Below are positions 1 through 14,130 of a DNA stretch of 64,000 nucleotides, one piece after another. The translations under genes and the position numbers were made by a program. Within the stretch, counting starts at the first letter, position 1; the number at the start of each line of letters is the position of its first letter. Under the pieces are notes generated by a model that did no database searches, was not told the DNA's origin, and saw only the letters and a program-made list of their open reading frames with translations. Source of the DNA: Carcharhinus amblyrhynchos (Eukaryota); the NCBI GenBank assembly GCA_965287045.1, contig OZ336895.1:22692001-22756000 (forward strand), read 5' to 3'.

Positions 1-759
1 TTTATGATAACTGGGATGAAGTCCAAAAGTACTGAGGCAGACATTTAAACAGCCCACCTCAGCCCCCGGCAGCCCATGTGGCTTCCTCCAAACTTTTTCT
101 GGGGACAGTGGGCACAACTTCTGTTACCACCCACCCTGAGAATGAAAATCCCTTCTTTGCAGGTACTTTCTCCCGAGATTGTTGCATATGAGATGCAAAA
201 CTTTCGAACTCCTGTAGCCCGCCCAGAAGATGAAAAGCCAGTCCATAGCACATACAAAATGTCAATGTTGTCCATAGAAAATATGAATGTGAGCTCAGGC
301 ACCCATCATCTTTTACAGTCAGAAAGTCCTAACTAAGAGCATTTCTTCCATTGTTCCTTGTCATTTGATATAGTGAAGGATGTTGAAGAACGGCAAGAGA
401 AAAATTGTCTGGTGGCACCACCTGCAGCCAGGATCAAACTACTTGGCTTTAATTTATTTTGGAGGCTCTGGTACAGTAGGTATGGAGGAGGAGTAATGTT
501 ATGTGTTTCAAGCTGACATCCAGACAACCTGGAATTTACAAATGGCGGTTTAAAGGACTATCACAGTGACCATGGTCCTTAATTTCCCAACCTCTGGTTT
601 CTTACTCAGAGTAGATCGGCCAATTTGTTCTTCTTGTTTGCATCAGAGTCATACTTTTCTGAATTTAATTTTCCCAAATGAACAAACAACTACAGGTTGT
701 GCCATTGTTGCCATTCTCATTGAATTATTGCATTTCTGAATTGGTGATTGCCAGCACTT

Positions 760-1120
760 TCTTTAGTCATTTGTGGGACATAGGCATTGCTGGCTGGCCA
801 GCATTTATTGTCCATCCCTGACTGTCACTGGAGGGCAGTTGAGAATCCACCACATTGCTGAGACTCTGGGGTCACATGTAGGCCAGGCCAGGTAACAACA
901 GCAGATTTCCTTCCCTAAAGGACATTAGTGAACGAGATGCGTTTTTGCGACAATTGAAATGGTTTAATGGTCATCAGTAGATTCTTAATTCCAGATAGTA
1001 GAATTTGAATTCAAAATAAACTATCTGCCATGGCAGGATTCAAACCTGGATCCCCAAACATTAGTTGAGTTTCTGGATTAATTGTTTAGCGATAACACTA
1101 CCAGGCCATCGCCTCCCCTA
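760..1120 (-). mobile_element. tRNA-headed SINE sharing its 3' tail with the LINE at 1700/12310 (other copies 27535-28010 +, 35958-36345 +)
   Basis: ggggaggcgatggcc head; gttcactaatgtcctttagggaaggaaatctg core; aataaatgctggccagccagcaatgcc tail. Confidence 0.8.
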
Positions 1121-1699
1121 AGCATGAACAATGAATGTCTTGGGTAAATGAGGCTTCTGGGTGGCATGATGAGCTGGGCACTGCCTGTCTTCCCCTAGCT
1201 TCTAGATTCAAATCCAACAATAATGTTGAATAAAAATTATACATTGTCCATCACTTGAAGTTCTCAATTTGACAAGGACAAAATGGATTTCTCTTGCATT
1301 GTGTAGCTAGGCAATGACTGCCCCGCCTGTCATGGGAATTGGAGCGAGTGAGGGCGGGACAATGGAAAAGTCCATTGACCTCAGGCAGGATTTTATGGTT
1401 TTGGGACGAGTGAAGCCGGAAAATCCCACCCTATATCTTACACTCAGCAGCCGTGACGTTTAAGTTTTAAGAGAATCATCTGTGCTAGCTGAATGCAGAC
1501 TCGAAATGTGGCTCTTTAGAGATTAAAGCTACCCTTTGCAGTCCTGTTTCATGATATCATTTTAGAAGCAACTGACAGAATGCAGATGAAACGAAGTCCA
1601 TGCATCACCATGGCATTTATCACTGAACATTACACTGTCATCCTGTTGCAATGTTTCAGATATCTACAAACTGCGACAAAGTCTACAGAAAGCAGGAAG

Positions 1700-3110
1700 T
1701 AAAAGACTGACCACTTGACATCGACCTAGGCACCAGAAACAACAATTGCAAACCGAGCCCTCTTGATTCTACAAGTCTTAGTAAAATCTGGGGGCTTGTG
1801 CCAAAATTGGAGAGCTGTCCCACAGATTTGTCAAGCAACAGCCTAACGCAATCATACTCAAGGAATCATATATTGCACTATCCCAGATACCACCATCACT
1901 ATCCCTGGAAATGTCCTGTCTCATCAACAGGACAGACCCGCCAGAGGCAGTGGTGGCACAGTGATATATAAACTGGATGGAGTCTGCCTGGGAATTCTCA
2001 ACATCAACTCTGGACCCCATTAAATCTCTCAACAAAGGAAACTGCCTGCTGATTACAACGTACCACCCCACTTCAGCTGATGAATCAATACTCCTCCACG
2101 TTGATCACCATCTGAAAGAGGGACATAGAATATGCTCTGGGTGGATGTGGCTACCATTGCCAAGAAACTGAACAGGATCAACCATGCAAATATTCTGGCT
2201 AGAAAAGCAGGCCAAGACTCAGGGAATTCTGAGGACAATAATTCACCTCCTGACTCTTTATAGCCTGCCCAACATCTACAAGGCACAAGGCAGGTGTGTG
2301 ATGGAATTCTCTCCGCTTGCCTGAGTGAGTACAGATTCAACACAATTCAAAAAGCAAGACAAAACAGCCTGCGTAATTGGCACCCATCCAGCATCTTTAA
2401 CATCCATTCCCTCCACTACTGACACATTATAGCATTAATGTATATCATTTATAATATGCATGGCACCAACTCACCAATGCTCCTTCAACAACAGCACCTT
2501 CCAAACCATGAGCTCTATCACTTGAAAGGACAAGGGCAGCACATGCAAGGGAATACCACCAGTTGCAAGATCCACTCCAAGCTACACATCATCCTGACTT
2601 GAAACTATATCACAGAAACCCTGCAGTGCAGAAGGTGGCCATTTGATCCATTGAGTCTGCGCCGACAACAATCTCAACTAGGCCATCCCCTGTAATCCCA
2701 TGTATTTACCCCACTAATCCCGGGACACTAAGGGGCAATTTTAGCATGGCCAATGCACCTAGCCAGCACTTCTTTCGGACTATGGGAGAAAACCAGAGCA
2801 CCTGGAGGAAACCCACGCAGACACGGAGAGAACGTGCAAACTCCACAAAGACAGTGACACAAGCCGGGAATCGAACCCAAGTCCCTGGAACTGTGAGGTG
2901 GCAGTGCTATCCATTGTGTCACTGTGCCCTTTGCTGTCGCTGGGTCAAATTCCTGGAATTCCCTCTCTAACTGCGGGTGTACCTACACACATGGACTGCA
3001 ATGGTTCAAGAAAGCATCTCACCACAAGCTTCTCAAGGGGAATGAGGGATGAGCAATAAATGCTGGCCTAGCTAGGGATGACCATATCCTTGAAAGAATA
3101 TAGCAAAAAG
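1700..3110 (+). mobile_element. Internally deleted CR1/L2-group LINE (endonuclease start joined to RT C-terminus/3'UTR), interrupted by an HE1 SINE
   Basis: KIGELSHRFVKQQP...TITIPGNVLSHQQDR...GGTVIY APE endonuclease remnant at ~1790-1970; IYKAQGRCVMEFSPLA at ~2270-2320; tail aataaatgctggcctagc. Confidence 0.75.
2611..2929 (-). mobile_element. HE1-type V-SINE (CR1-like tail)
   Basis: Reverse complement ggcacagtg...gggttcgattcccggc...gtttgcacgttctctccgtgtctgcgtgggtttcctcc (V-domain). Confidence 0.9.
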
Positions 3111-6100
3111 AAAAGGCAAATCAGGAGGTGCTTTACAGTACAATTTCCACACACTCTGCAAGGTCATCATTATCCATTGCCCATTTCACAACTTTGACAC
3201 ACAACAGAGTCTAACTAGAGAACTATTGTGGAGAACAATGACAAGAATTGAAAATCAAAGTCAGAGAATACAAAATAAACACTATATGAATGTAGCTGAT
3301 CAAATGTCAGCGCAGTCAGGAAGATTGGTGCACTTGGCACACATTCAAGATGCATTTCGTTCAGTGTCTGAATTCACTTTTTGAAGAATTCTCCTGTTGG
3401 AACATAAGAGCAGAAGTGGTTCCAAATATCACCTGCAATGCTGTCCTCTGAATTTTGGGAACTACGTCAATGCTCTTTGATGTGCTACTACTCTGTTCGA
3501 CACAATCAGAAAAAAAAAGTTCTCTGATCAAAACAACTCAAATACGACCAACTTATGGCTTTACTGTTATAATGTACGCGTGATGCCAATGAGTTTTACT
3601 ATCGAATACGCACTTAGCACACACAACATAAAGCATCTGATGCTTGGGAAGAGAAAGTGTCCTGGCTGGCAACAGGGTTTCAATGGGAGGTGAATGGGAT
3701 TTAGGTAGGCCTGCAGTTGTCCTTATTTCTAAAGATGGCTGTAAATGTAATTCATACTGTGGCTTTCCGGTCCTGTCCAGGCTATTAGTGTCACTTGTAC
3801 AGAAATTTGGGATGGCTCAGATGTGGTACTGTCCAAGAGAGACAGAAACCCTCATCCATGCCTACTCCAGCCTCACACTTGCTGCCAAGGTGCATCCTCT
3901 GCAGGTCCACCCATATGCAGGGAAACAACGTTCCATTCATATCAAAAAGTTATCATATAAACGTGCTTTTGTTGTATTTCATTTACTGACCCTCAGCAGT
4001 CTACAGTGCTTTGCTGTAACTGCAGTTTCCTGGAAGTTTGTAACATTTTTATCATATTGTTTAACATTTCCATGTCGCTTATATTCCTATCCCACTGAGG
4101 GAAAAAAAATCATCAATTATATTTCTAAACTTTTAAGTTTTGTGGTCAGCATGAGAACTCAGGGAGCAGCAGGGAAGTAATTATAGTTCCCAGAACTGAA
4201 TAAATTAGCAAATTAGAGACTGCAGAATAACAGGCAGTGCACAAATATGTACTCAACAGCAGTTGTGGTATTATTGGCAGATATAGCTCTTTGCCTATGG
4301 AAATGCTGTTTGGGATAAACTAAAGACAGCGGCCTGGATTGACCTATCAGCAGATATCTGGTAGGAAACGAGTTAATTTCCTGGCTGCTTACGGTAGAAC
4401 TTGGCCTGGCTGACTTCCCATATGGAAAAGGCCAGAGGTTGGTGTGAATGGCAAAAAGTCACATGGCCTGGAGACTGCCCATGAGACAAGGTGGGTAAGT
4501 GGCATCTGCTTCTTGTGGAGACTTTTGATTGAAGGGAGGCATGGTGGACTGAGCCCAGGGCAGGGGAGACCTAAACCTTTCTTGTCCTCTCCCTCCTAGC
4601 CTTACAAAGGCAAGAAAAATACTTAAATAGATACATATTCATTGGTCTTTTCTGTCCTAGGTTGCCTTGGTGGGAAAGCTATGGGCCAGGGTTAATACTA
4701 AGTTGGGTCTCAATAACATGTAAAGAAGGGCCCTGCCCTTTGGGGTGGTCCCTTGACACCTTCTGAGCAGAGAAGGTCAAAGTTGTGAACAGTGGGAGCC
4801 ATGCATTTCCAGTGCCGGTAAGAAACTCAGAACATTTTAACTGCCAACCTGTCTAATTTCTACCAGGCAGCGATGGTTAAATGCATCCTCAAACATGATG
4901 AATTTTTAAAATTGACATTTTTCAAAGTTTGTCTTGGGTTGTTAATAACTGTTTTTCATATTGATTTGCTGTGATTATAAACAAATCCATCACTGTGTAA
5001 CTATGCAAAGCTCCTTATAGTCATTAGTCAGCAGTCTGGTATCCACCTTCATGTAAAAAACCACTACAACACAGTTGTAAATATTATTGTTACATGAATA
5101 ATAGTTATAAATTCCCACATCCCAATGTGAGATGCCAAATATTCCTTATGACACAAGGAGGTGAAAGTTCCTCAGTAGCCCAACATGGAAACTCTGGAGA
5201 AATAGCATAAATGACCAGAGTTAGTGTGATATGTAGGAAATAAAACTCCTTATCCATGAACTGGAAGTCAGAATGCCATGCAGCTCCAGGGGAAACTGAG
5301 GTCTTTGGAGGCAATGCAGTAATATTGTTTAGTACAGTAAGAATCTTAAGTTTTATCAGATTCACAGCACAGATTGTGCTCTGTCACGGAACACAGCATG
5401 CATAGCCTGCTAATTGTGTCCATTTTTGTTTCTCACTGGGATAGGAGAAAGCAGGAGAGGAGCAAGCTGGTGGAGCAGGCCTGGCAACATCATCTCAGTA
5501 TTCTGGAGCACTGGTGTCTGATAAAGCAGACACAGGCACTTCAGGGAGTTTGATGAGACTACACAGGACGAGCTATTGGTCCCCATTAGCAAAAGGGTAG
5601 ATGTGGCCAGTGAAGAAGGCCAGATTATTAAACCCGCTAACCCATTTAATTACTCAGAACTAATAGCCATACTGCCACATGCCTCAGCACTGTGCACCTT
5701 ATTTCTTGTGCTTACAGGACAATATTAACATTGAAACAGAGAAATTCCAGCACAAAGAACGCCATTTGTCTCACTGTGCTGTGTCAATGCTAACTTCCCT
5801 CAGTACTCTCATCCAAGTTTTCTTTTTTCCTTTATCCCTATAACATCTTTTTAATTTGTTTTCCTAATGCCTCTTAAATATCGACATTAGCCCAACTTTA
5901 GCATTTTATTTACCTAAATGCTATTAAAACTAGAATGCATTCTGTATTCTAAAAACTTTTCTTAGTAAAATCTTTATTTCTAACTTCACCCTTTATCCTT
6001 CTGTGCTATTGTTGGTTTAAGTTTCCTCTGAGCCTTTCAAAGTTTTGACAATTCCATTTTCTCTCCCTTAACTTCTCTGATCCTGTGAAAATAAACCTTT

Positions 6101-6175
6101 CTTTAAACAAAAATAAGTTTTTTATTTTCATAGTTTTCTTTCATCAATGGTTCCTGAGCGTAGAAATATTTTGCA

Positions 6176-6478
6176 CCACAGTGGCATAGTGATTAACACT
6201 GCTGCTTGACAGCGCCAGGGACCTCGGTTTGATTCCCAGCTTGGATCACTGTGCGGAGTCTGCACCTTCTCCCTGCGAATGTGTGGGTTTCCTCTGGGTG
6301 CTCCGGTTTCCTCCCACAGTCCAAAATATGCGCTGCTTAGATGCAGTGGCCATGCTAAATTATCCCTTAGCATACCTGAACAGGTGCTGGAACGTGGCAA
6401 CTAGGGAATTTTAACAGTAACTTCATTGCAGTGATAATGTAAGCCTCCTTGTGACACTAATAAATAAACTTTAACTTT
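6176..6478 (+). mobile_element. V-SINE with alternative tail (...cttcattgcagtgataatgtaagcc...aataaataaacttt)
   Basis: tRNA-like head plus gtgggtttcctctgggtgctccggtttcctcccacagtcc core. Confidence 0.9.
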
Positions 6479-9400
6479 AGAAATTTTACCCTCTCTGTAT
6501 TGGAGTGCCCAAGATCATATGTCACACTTCAACATATATTACAAATAAATTAAACCATGTTGGATATGCCAAAAGATTTGAACTTGTGAGGCTGAATTAA
6601 TTTCCTCTATCCAAAGAGTCCCTGGGCTAAACTGTAAGTCACAGTGGAAATGCATTTTCTCTGCAACTTCTACTACAAATGAGATCAGCATTGGTGCAAA
6701 TTTACAGTCCAATTCCACACACTATTTTTGCAAAGAGCTTATAATGTTAATGTAGTGCTTGGAACATGGCCACCAGTATTTTATTCTGTTTCAGGCAATA
6801 AAGCCATCATCACCACAATACTTCATAATGCTCCATCTGCCAAAGAACACTGCAATAAAGTCACAAAACAATCATTTCTAAATATCTAGTGAATATACAT
6901 CCTCATGTGGCACTGCATTGCTAAATCAATTAGACAAACACCGATGATGAAGCACTGAAGCAAAAGGGGAAAACCAATGCAGTCCCCGCTAGTTTATCAC
7001 AAAGGCATTTCATCTGCAAGCACAGTTTATGTCTATTAAATCAAACATTTGTTCAAGATGAAAATGTAATTCTTTCTTGGAATCTTGTGGGCCTGATTTT
7101 AAGACTGCAAGTGAATGTGTTTTCAGTGAGTTTATGTTTCACATCAAACCAAACAAGTTCACAAATATTCAGAAGTCATTTTTTAACTTGAGGTGGAAAT
7201 TGTGTGGGTGGAAGCCAAGGAGGACAGCAAGTCATTCAGAGCTCCAAACATTGAGGCCCAGGAAACATTAAATCCCCAGGCATCAATTGCGTGGGCTATG
7301 TTAATCTCATCCCTAGCCTATTCCTGCCTCTGGCTCCACTTGCTGCCGTGTCAGGGTGGTGGGGTAGCCGCAAGATACCTGCCCCATGCTAGTCACTGCT
7401 CATAATGACTGTCAGGACCTGGCAACATCTTCATAGCTTAATCTGCAGATTCAGAGAAGGATTCTGCTGGACAGAAGGGCAGGTCAAGAGGGACATTTCA
7501 GGGCCTTGCAGTTGGATAGATGTGGATTTACCCCACAGGCTCTTTAGCTGCCTGTTCCCTTGGTGGAAACTGATTGGCAGTTCAAAATTGATAATAAATC
7601 AATCAGAAACAAAGATTGAAGGAACAGAAGGAGACCATTTTGCCTTTTACACTCTGGAATGTTTAGGTATCTCCACCTTTTTTACTTTTACAAAATCAGC
7701 AGAGTTTGTGAACTGCTGGAGACTGCTCAGCAAAAATAACAAGTATTTTCTCCAATGGGTTTGTAATAATTCTACCACCATTTCCAGTAATAGTGTCAGC
7801 ACACAATAATACACAGCAACCAGAAGTGTACTGATACCAGGAGCATAATCATTCGTGGCAGTAAAGGTGAAAACTGAGACTGGTGATAATTAACCTGTAG
7901 AATTATGCATTATGTGGTACACTTTTCAGAGTAACTTTAAAATCTAAGCAATGTAAAACACCATTTATTAGATGCCATTGGTGTTTAATGACTGGCTTTC
8001 AATTGTATGGAAGAACGTTTCTATTGCCAATCAGTCATATCTTATATTTTAAAAGATGCTTTCATAGAGTTCAGTGAATGGCTTTTTGAGTCTAAAATGT
8101 TAACTGACTGGCCATTAAGTACATTTCAAGAACAAATAAAATCTTCTTAACTTCAAGAAGTAATTAAAGTATTTTCCCAGAGTGAACCATCTACCAAGTA
8201 AGAGAATGGAGTATTATATACTCTGCACCGAGTTTCCTGTGGACTGCAGCTGATTCAGCAATGCAGTGAAGCCTCAATAAGTACAAAAAAACTGTAGGTG
8301 TAGGTGACAGAAACAGAAACTGTTCAAACTTCTCACCGTGATTATTTGATGTGTATAAACTTTATTGAGCCACACTCTGGAAGTGACCTATGGTAAATTT
8401 TTTCCAACAAAATATTCTCATCATAAAAACTGAATCTGAAATGTCCATTATCTCTTTGATCTTAACTTCTAAGATTTCCCACTTTTTTGAGCTTGATGCT
8501 CAGACAGCACTCTATGGTACTGAACGTTTCCAGAACTTTGTGTGTTTTCTATATAAAGATTTCTCCTCATAGGCACTGCTCAGATGTCATGACTGAAGAT
8601 ATTTTCATGCAACATCAAAGATGCAGTCACATCTTTTGAACAAAGGCTGCTGGGAGACTGGGGATTACTGAACAGTGAGCACAGCGGGAGAATGATTCAA
8701 TGAGCACAAAAATACAAAGCTGGTTTCATTAAAGAGCTGCCAACCCCTGTCAGTGAACAGAAAGAATGTACAGCAGGTATGGCAACACTGAAGAACAGTT
8801 TGTTTTATATCTCTGCATTTGATGACAGTATTGAGTACTCGTAAATTAGTTTCAGAAATTCAAATAGGATTTTCATCTGATAGTGTAAAAAAAATCTGAT
8901 AGTGTAAAAAAAACTAAAGTAAATAGTTCTTCTGCAATGTACTGTACAACAGATGCAAAAATGTTGGAATATATAAAACACAATATCATTTAAATGAAGG
9001 CGTAATATTTATGGAAAATGCCATTTAAATACATTTGCAACTTCAGGCAGTCAATGCTATGCTGATAATGCAGTTTCTTTCCTATCTGCCCCACACTGCA
9101 ATTCCATAGGTACAGATTGCAAAGAGGGCAAGATGTATGATGCCAGTCTCACACTGGAGACTGAAGTTAAAAAAAAAAGCACCTCTTATCATCCTTCCCT
9201 TGAATACTACTTTGGACTGGAATCAAAACTAGGACAGAACAGGTGAGAGGTCATGTCCATTACAACACTGGGCTGGCACCATGTAGCAATTGCAGAAAAA
9301 TGCAATTTAGTGCCATATTAGACCACCGATGTAGCTGAATTTAGTGGTCCTTTATCCTAGACTAATTCAACAGCAATGGATCGAAGATTAAGGTTGCAAG

Positions 9401-10439
9401 AGTTCCTGTCAGATATGGGTATTTGCAACAAATCTCACTCAGGAAACCAGAACCTAAAAAAGGTTAGAGGTGGGAAAGCTTAGTTTTTGACAACTGCTTC
9501 ATATTACATGGCCACCATCACCAGGAGGGAACAGACAGAAACTGCTGACTGAAGAATCCAGGGAATGTTCAAAGGGGAAAAAAAACAAAATGCTTGAGTC
9601 ATATTGAAATTGTGGCCAGGAGTGGGTGACTGGATCACAAAGGAAGCAAGTGAAATCAAATAAAATACTACCTAACTTTTCAGCTTTTTCCACCTGAGTA
9701 ATTTCAGTATAGTAATTCCAATTTAATCGAATAATAATACACATGGAGGACAGGTCGAACTTAGGTTGCTCATCAGCACTGTAAAGTTACTGAACACCTC
9801 TCTGACCATAATTATTACCTGATGACAACAATTCTGAGAGAGATTTCATGCAGTTTTTGATAAAATTAGAAAAAATTATATGAAAATATTTTGCAATGAC
9901 ACTAGAAATAATCAAGGAGGCAAATCTTTTCATGATTACAGTGTTTCCAACACATCATGATCAAAGGAAATTTCTCCTTTCATCACTGTTATATAATCAG
10001 GCTTTTAAAACCATTCTCCCACATAAAGGAATTAGAAATTAATTTTGTACATTTAAGTGGTGTATTCACACACTGCCATGAAGAAAAGACTTGCAGTTAT
10101 GAAACACCTTTCACACCCTCAGCATTACCCGAATGCTTTTCTCTCTCTCTTCAGGTATCATGCCCTGAAAGGATGTTGGTGATCATGGACTTCCATCTGT
10201 CGGTCCAAGATTATAGTTGGCAAAACACTTCTGCTGTTCACCTTCTGCAGTTTCTGGCTGACCAGCAGACTCTCCCACTCCTACCTCCTGTCACTGGTTT
10301 ATGGGAAGGATTTTCAGGCCGATAATCAACCTGTTATGATCATACCTTCTGTGGCCATCGAGTCCTGAAGTGGAATCCAGCGCTTATGGCTCAGAGGTAG
10401 GGATGCTACCCAGCGCCCTGCAAGACCTCCCAAACCACT

Positions 10440-10890
10440 TTCCCAGCAAATCGATTCACTTCTGAAGTGCAGTCACTGCAGCAATTGCAGCCCATTTGTG
10501 CACAGCAAGATCCCATACACAGCTATTTGAGAATGGCTAGATAATCTGTTTTAGTGATGTTGTCTGAACATCAAATATTGAGCGAATCCCTCCTGCTCTT
10601 TTCCAAAATAGTGCCATGGGATCTTTTGTGCTCGACTGACCTGACGGATGTCAAACTGAATTGCATAACTGTGTAAGGAATTTTTACTTTTACAAACATC
10701 TGAGGGGGCAGACGGTGCCTCGGTTTAACATCTCATCCAAATGACAGCACCCAGCAGTGCATCACATCCTCACGATTGCACTGGAATGTCAACCTAGATG
10801 TGGCACTCAAGTCTCTGGAGTTGAGCGCTCGAATCCACAGCTGCCTGAGTCAGAGTTGAGAGTGCTACCACAGAGCCAAGGCTAACATCT
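10440..10890 (-). mobile_element. Deu-domain SINE (SacSINE1/AmnSINE1-like); other copies 21730-22160 -, 24520-24900 +, 48460-48950 -
   Basis: Reverse complement gagatgttaaaccgaggcaccgtctgcccc...aaaagatcccatggcactatttt Deu-domain motifs. Confidence 0.75.
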
Positions 10891-11527
10891 GCTGCAGCCA
10901 TCTGCTAAGACAAAGGAGTTTATTCCCTAATGGGTCAGGCATTAAAAATGTGTATTAAAACTATGTGAAAAGCAACTGATCCCAGACAACTTTGAATTCA
11001 GTTGGTGGGGAGGTGAAAGTGATCTTTGTCCGCACTGCAAAATTACAACTGCAATTCTGACTGCTGCTGTTTTATTTTAGTCTGGCCGCTATCAATATGA
11101 TCCTAGATGGAAAACAGGCCAAACGAAATGAGACCAAGGTCATTGTTGGCTTCAGCAGGACCTCTGCGTCTTTGGCCCTGTTGGGTTCTTTGCCAGTTCT
11201 AAGTATTGGGGCAATTGAGATGGTCTACAATTAAACTGAGGATTGACAGCGGGGGTGATTTCTTTGCACTCGTAACCTGAGGAGGTGAGGAAGCCGATTA
11301 AAAAGATGGACCTAGTGTGGAATCACAGAATAGGAAAGAAGCTAGAGGAACAGCCAGACCACTTCCAATGGTCAGGAGTAACAAGTAAACTGGAGAACAA
11401 AAAAGGATGTGTAAAAGTCAGTTAGACCTGGTAGGTCTGAGGAGGAAGTGTGGCTTAGTGAGTGAAAAAGTCCATTCATCTTAAGGTCCAAGAATGTCAG
11501 GACCAAAGAGCTCACCAGAAAAATAAG

Positions 11528-12123
11528 AACATAAGAACATAAGAAATAGGAGCAGAAGTAGGCCATCTAGCCCCTCAAGCCTGCCCCGCTATTCAGTAAG
11601 ATCATGGCTGATCTGAAGTGGCTCAGTGCCACTTTCCTGCTTTCTCCCCATAACCCTTAATCCCCTTGCCTACCAAAAATCTATCTACCCATGACTTAAA
11701 TATATTTAGTGAGGTAGCCTCCACCACTTCAACGGGCAGAGAATTCCAGAGATTCACCACCCTTTGAGTGAAGAAGTTCCTCCTCAACTCTGATCTAAAC
11801 TGTCCCCCCCTCTTATCGAGGCTATGCCCTCTAGTCCTGCTGTCCTTTCTGAGTGGGAAGAATCTCTCTACCTCTACCCTATCCATCCCCTTCATCATAT
11901 TGTACGTCTCTATAAGATCCCCCCTCATCCTTCTAAACTTGAACGAGTACAAGCCCAGTCTATTCAGCCTCTCTTCATAGTTCAACCCCCTCAACTCAGG
12001 TATCAGCCCAGTGAACCTCCTCTGCATTCCCTCCAAGGCCAAAATATCCTTGCACAAGTGTGGCGACCAAAACTGCACACAGTAGTCCAGCTGCGGCCTC
12101 ACCAGTGCCCTGTACAGTTGCAT
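11528..12123 (-). mobile_element. Young 5'-truncated CR1 LINE (ORF2 C-terminus open, 11623-12123)
   Basis: LYRALVRPQLDYCVQFWSPHL...RRMRGDLIETY...RTRGHS...FFTQRVVNLWNSLP; (TTCTTATG)n tail; TSD aaataag at 11521-11527 and 12124-12130. Confidence 0.95.
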
Positions 12124-12309
12124 AAATAAGTCAAGTTAGCTCACAAACACTGGTGCTATATAGTCAATTGTTGTTTCAACATTTGGGCAACTTAATGATT
12201 TAAATCAGGACTCATCTCACCAGTCAGTCTGCTAATAAAGTTGCAAGCACACCCAAAAGGTAAAGAATTCAATTCAGGTCTAACAACATTCTAGGGGCTA
12301 TTGCTGAGT

Positions 12310-12950
12310 AGAAACTAGAAACTGAACTGGACCAGTCATAAAAAAACTGTGGCTACAAGAGCAAGGACAAAGGCTGGAACTTCTGCACTGAGTAATTCGT
12401 CTCCCGAATCCCCGTAACCTGTCCACTGTCTGCAAAACGCAAGTCAGGTATATGATGGAATACTCTCCATTGGCTTGAATGAATGCAGGTCCAGGGACAC
12501 TCAGAAGGTTTGGCATTATCTAGGGCAAAGCAGTCCACTTGATTGGCACTCAATCCACAAACATTCACTCCCTCCACCACTGGCACACAGTGGCTGCTGT
12601 GTACATGGTCTACAAGATGCACTGCAGCAACTCACCAAAGTTCCTTCAGTAGTGCCTTCCAAACGCATGACCTCTACCAACCTCAAAGGGCAAGGGCAGC
12701 AGATGCATGGGAACACCACCACCTGCCAGTTCACACACACAATACTTGACTTGGAACTTTATTGCCTGTCACCTGCTCAAAATCGTGGAATTCCTGCCAG
12801 AACTGCACTGTGGGTGTACCTACCCCACGTGGATTACAGTGATTCAAGAAGGCAGCTCATCATCACCTTTTAAAGAGCAACTAAGGCTGGGCAATAAATG
12901 GTAGCCTGGTCAGTGATGCCCACATCCTATAAACAAATTAAAAAAAAAGA
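12310..12950 (+). mobile_element. 3' fragment of the same LINE family as 1700-3110
   Basis: caagtcaggtatatgatggaatactctccattggc...gggcaataaatggtagcctggtcagtgatgcccacatcc plus A-tail. Confidence 0.8.
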
Positions 12951-13769
12951 GATCCTGTTGTTAAACTTCAAAGTTGAGTTCCATATGATTAGATATTAGG
13001 CAATATATTACATTCCTGCTTCCAGGAGTGAGTACAGTCATTAAGCCAGGTAGAATATCTGAAGAAAACTATAACTAAATCTGTTGCTGTCATTTAACTA
13101 AAGTCCATAATTGTACAAATTTGCTGTGGTCCACATACCACCTCATACCACTCTTACTACTTTCATGTTAGTTAATTCAAGTGATGTAGTGATTTGTGAA
13201 ATTTAGTCCATGAAAACTGGATGCTACATTGGATTGAATCCAGAGGAGGAGAGTTTTAACAGTACAGATGCCTAGGTGTTGCTTATTATTCATTTTTTTT
13301 TAACCCATTTCTGGAATGTCTGGACTGATCTTCTCCGGCAACTAACATTCCAAAGACATTTTTGCTTCTGGTGATTTCTTGCTTAGTGATCATTAAATGT
13401 GATTCAAACAATGGTGTGTTTTCACATGACACGATAGTTAATCTTAGCAAAGAGTTAAAGTAACTCTTTAAATGCAAAGGCAGAACTCATTAGAGAGAGG
13501 GAAAACTCATTAGTCAGTGAAGGAGTGCTGACTGGAGCAAAAGCCTTGTAAAATGCCAATATCACCATTGTCCCAGACAACTATTGGCTGCTCTCCCCTT
13601 TCACAGAGAGTTGACTGGTGACGACTGAATCTGAGGATCACCTCAGCAAGGAGCAAGATTGAGTCTCTCCCAAGATTAGGGCCATTATCCCCAAGATTAG
13701 CCCATTATCCATTTATCATGGATAACCCAGATTGGGAATCAAACCCACTGAGTTTCTTTTCCCTTGAAA

Positions 13770-14130
13770 AATTGCTGAGGGATAACCTAATAATGGTCAT
13801 TAAATGATTCAAAGATTTTTTTATGGAGTGAATGTGTCTTCTTGTGGGGAAGAGCATAACTAGAGATCATCAATATGAAATAGTCACCAAGAAACTGAGT
13901 ACGAAGTTCAGGACAAACTCCTTCATCCAAAGAGTGGTCAAAAACTCACTGCCACAGGGAATGACTGAAGTGTATAGGAGAATTGCATGTAAAGGGAAGT
14001 TAGACAAATATTTGCAGGGAAGAAGGGTATAGATGGTTACAATGCTAGTTGAGAAAAGGTGAGAGGAGGTTTAAATTGAGAAACTGAGGTTTGAGCTGGT
14101 TGACTTTTAAGACCTGTTTCAGTGTTGTAT
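13770..14130 (+). mobile_element. Old CR1 3' fragment
   Basis: TRDHQYEI...FRTNSFIQRVVKNSLP remnant. Confidence 0.7.

Noticed and set aside
333-528. Minus-strand acceptor at 528 with a 64-aa frame
   Set aside because: Peptide is unlike NFI, and the phase is incompatible with exon 8; more likely decayed repeat or chance.
3644-4180. 178-aa plus-strand ORF and an overlapping open minus frame
   Set aside because: Non-ATG start, no recognisable domain, antisense to NFIC, no convincing splice-site pair.
8876-8913. tctgatagtgtaaaaaaaa repeated twice
   Set aside because: Simple slippage duplication.
11350-11372. ATTGGAAGTGGT on the minus strand resembling NFIC exon 9 (NGSG)
   Set aside because: Following residues do not match, a stop follows within about 20 codons, and there is no good acceptor.
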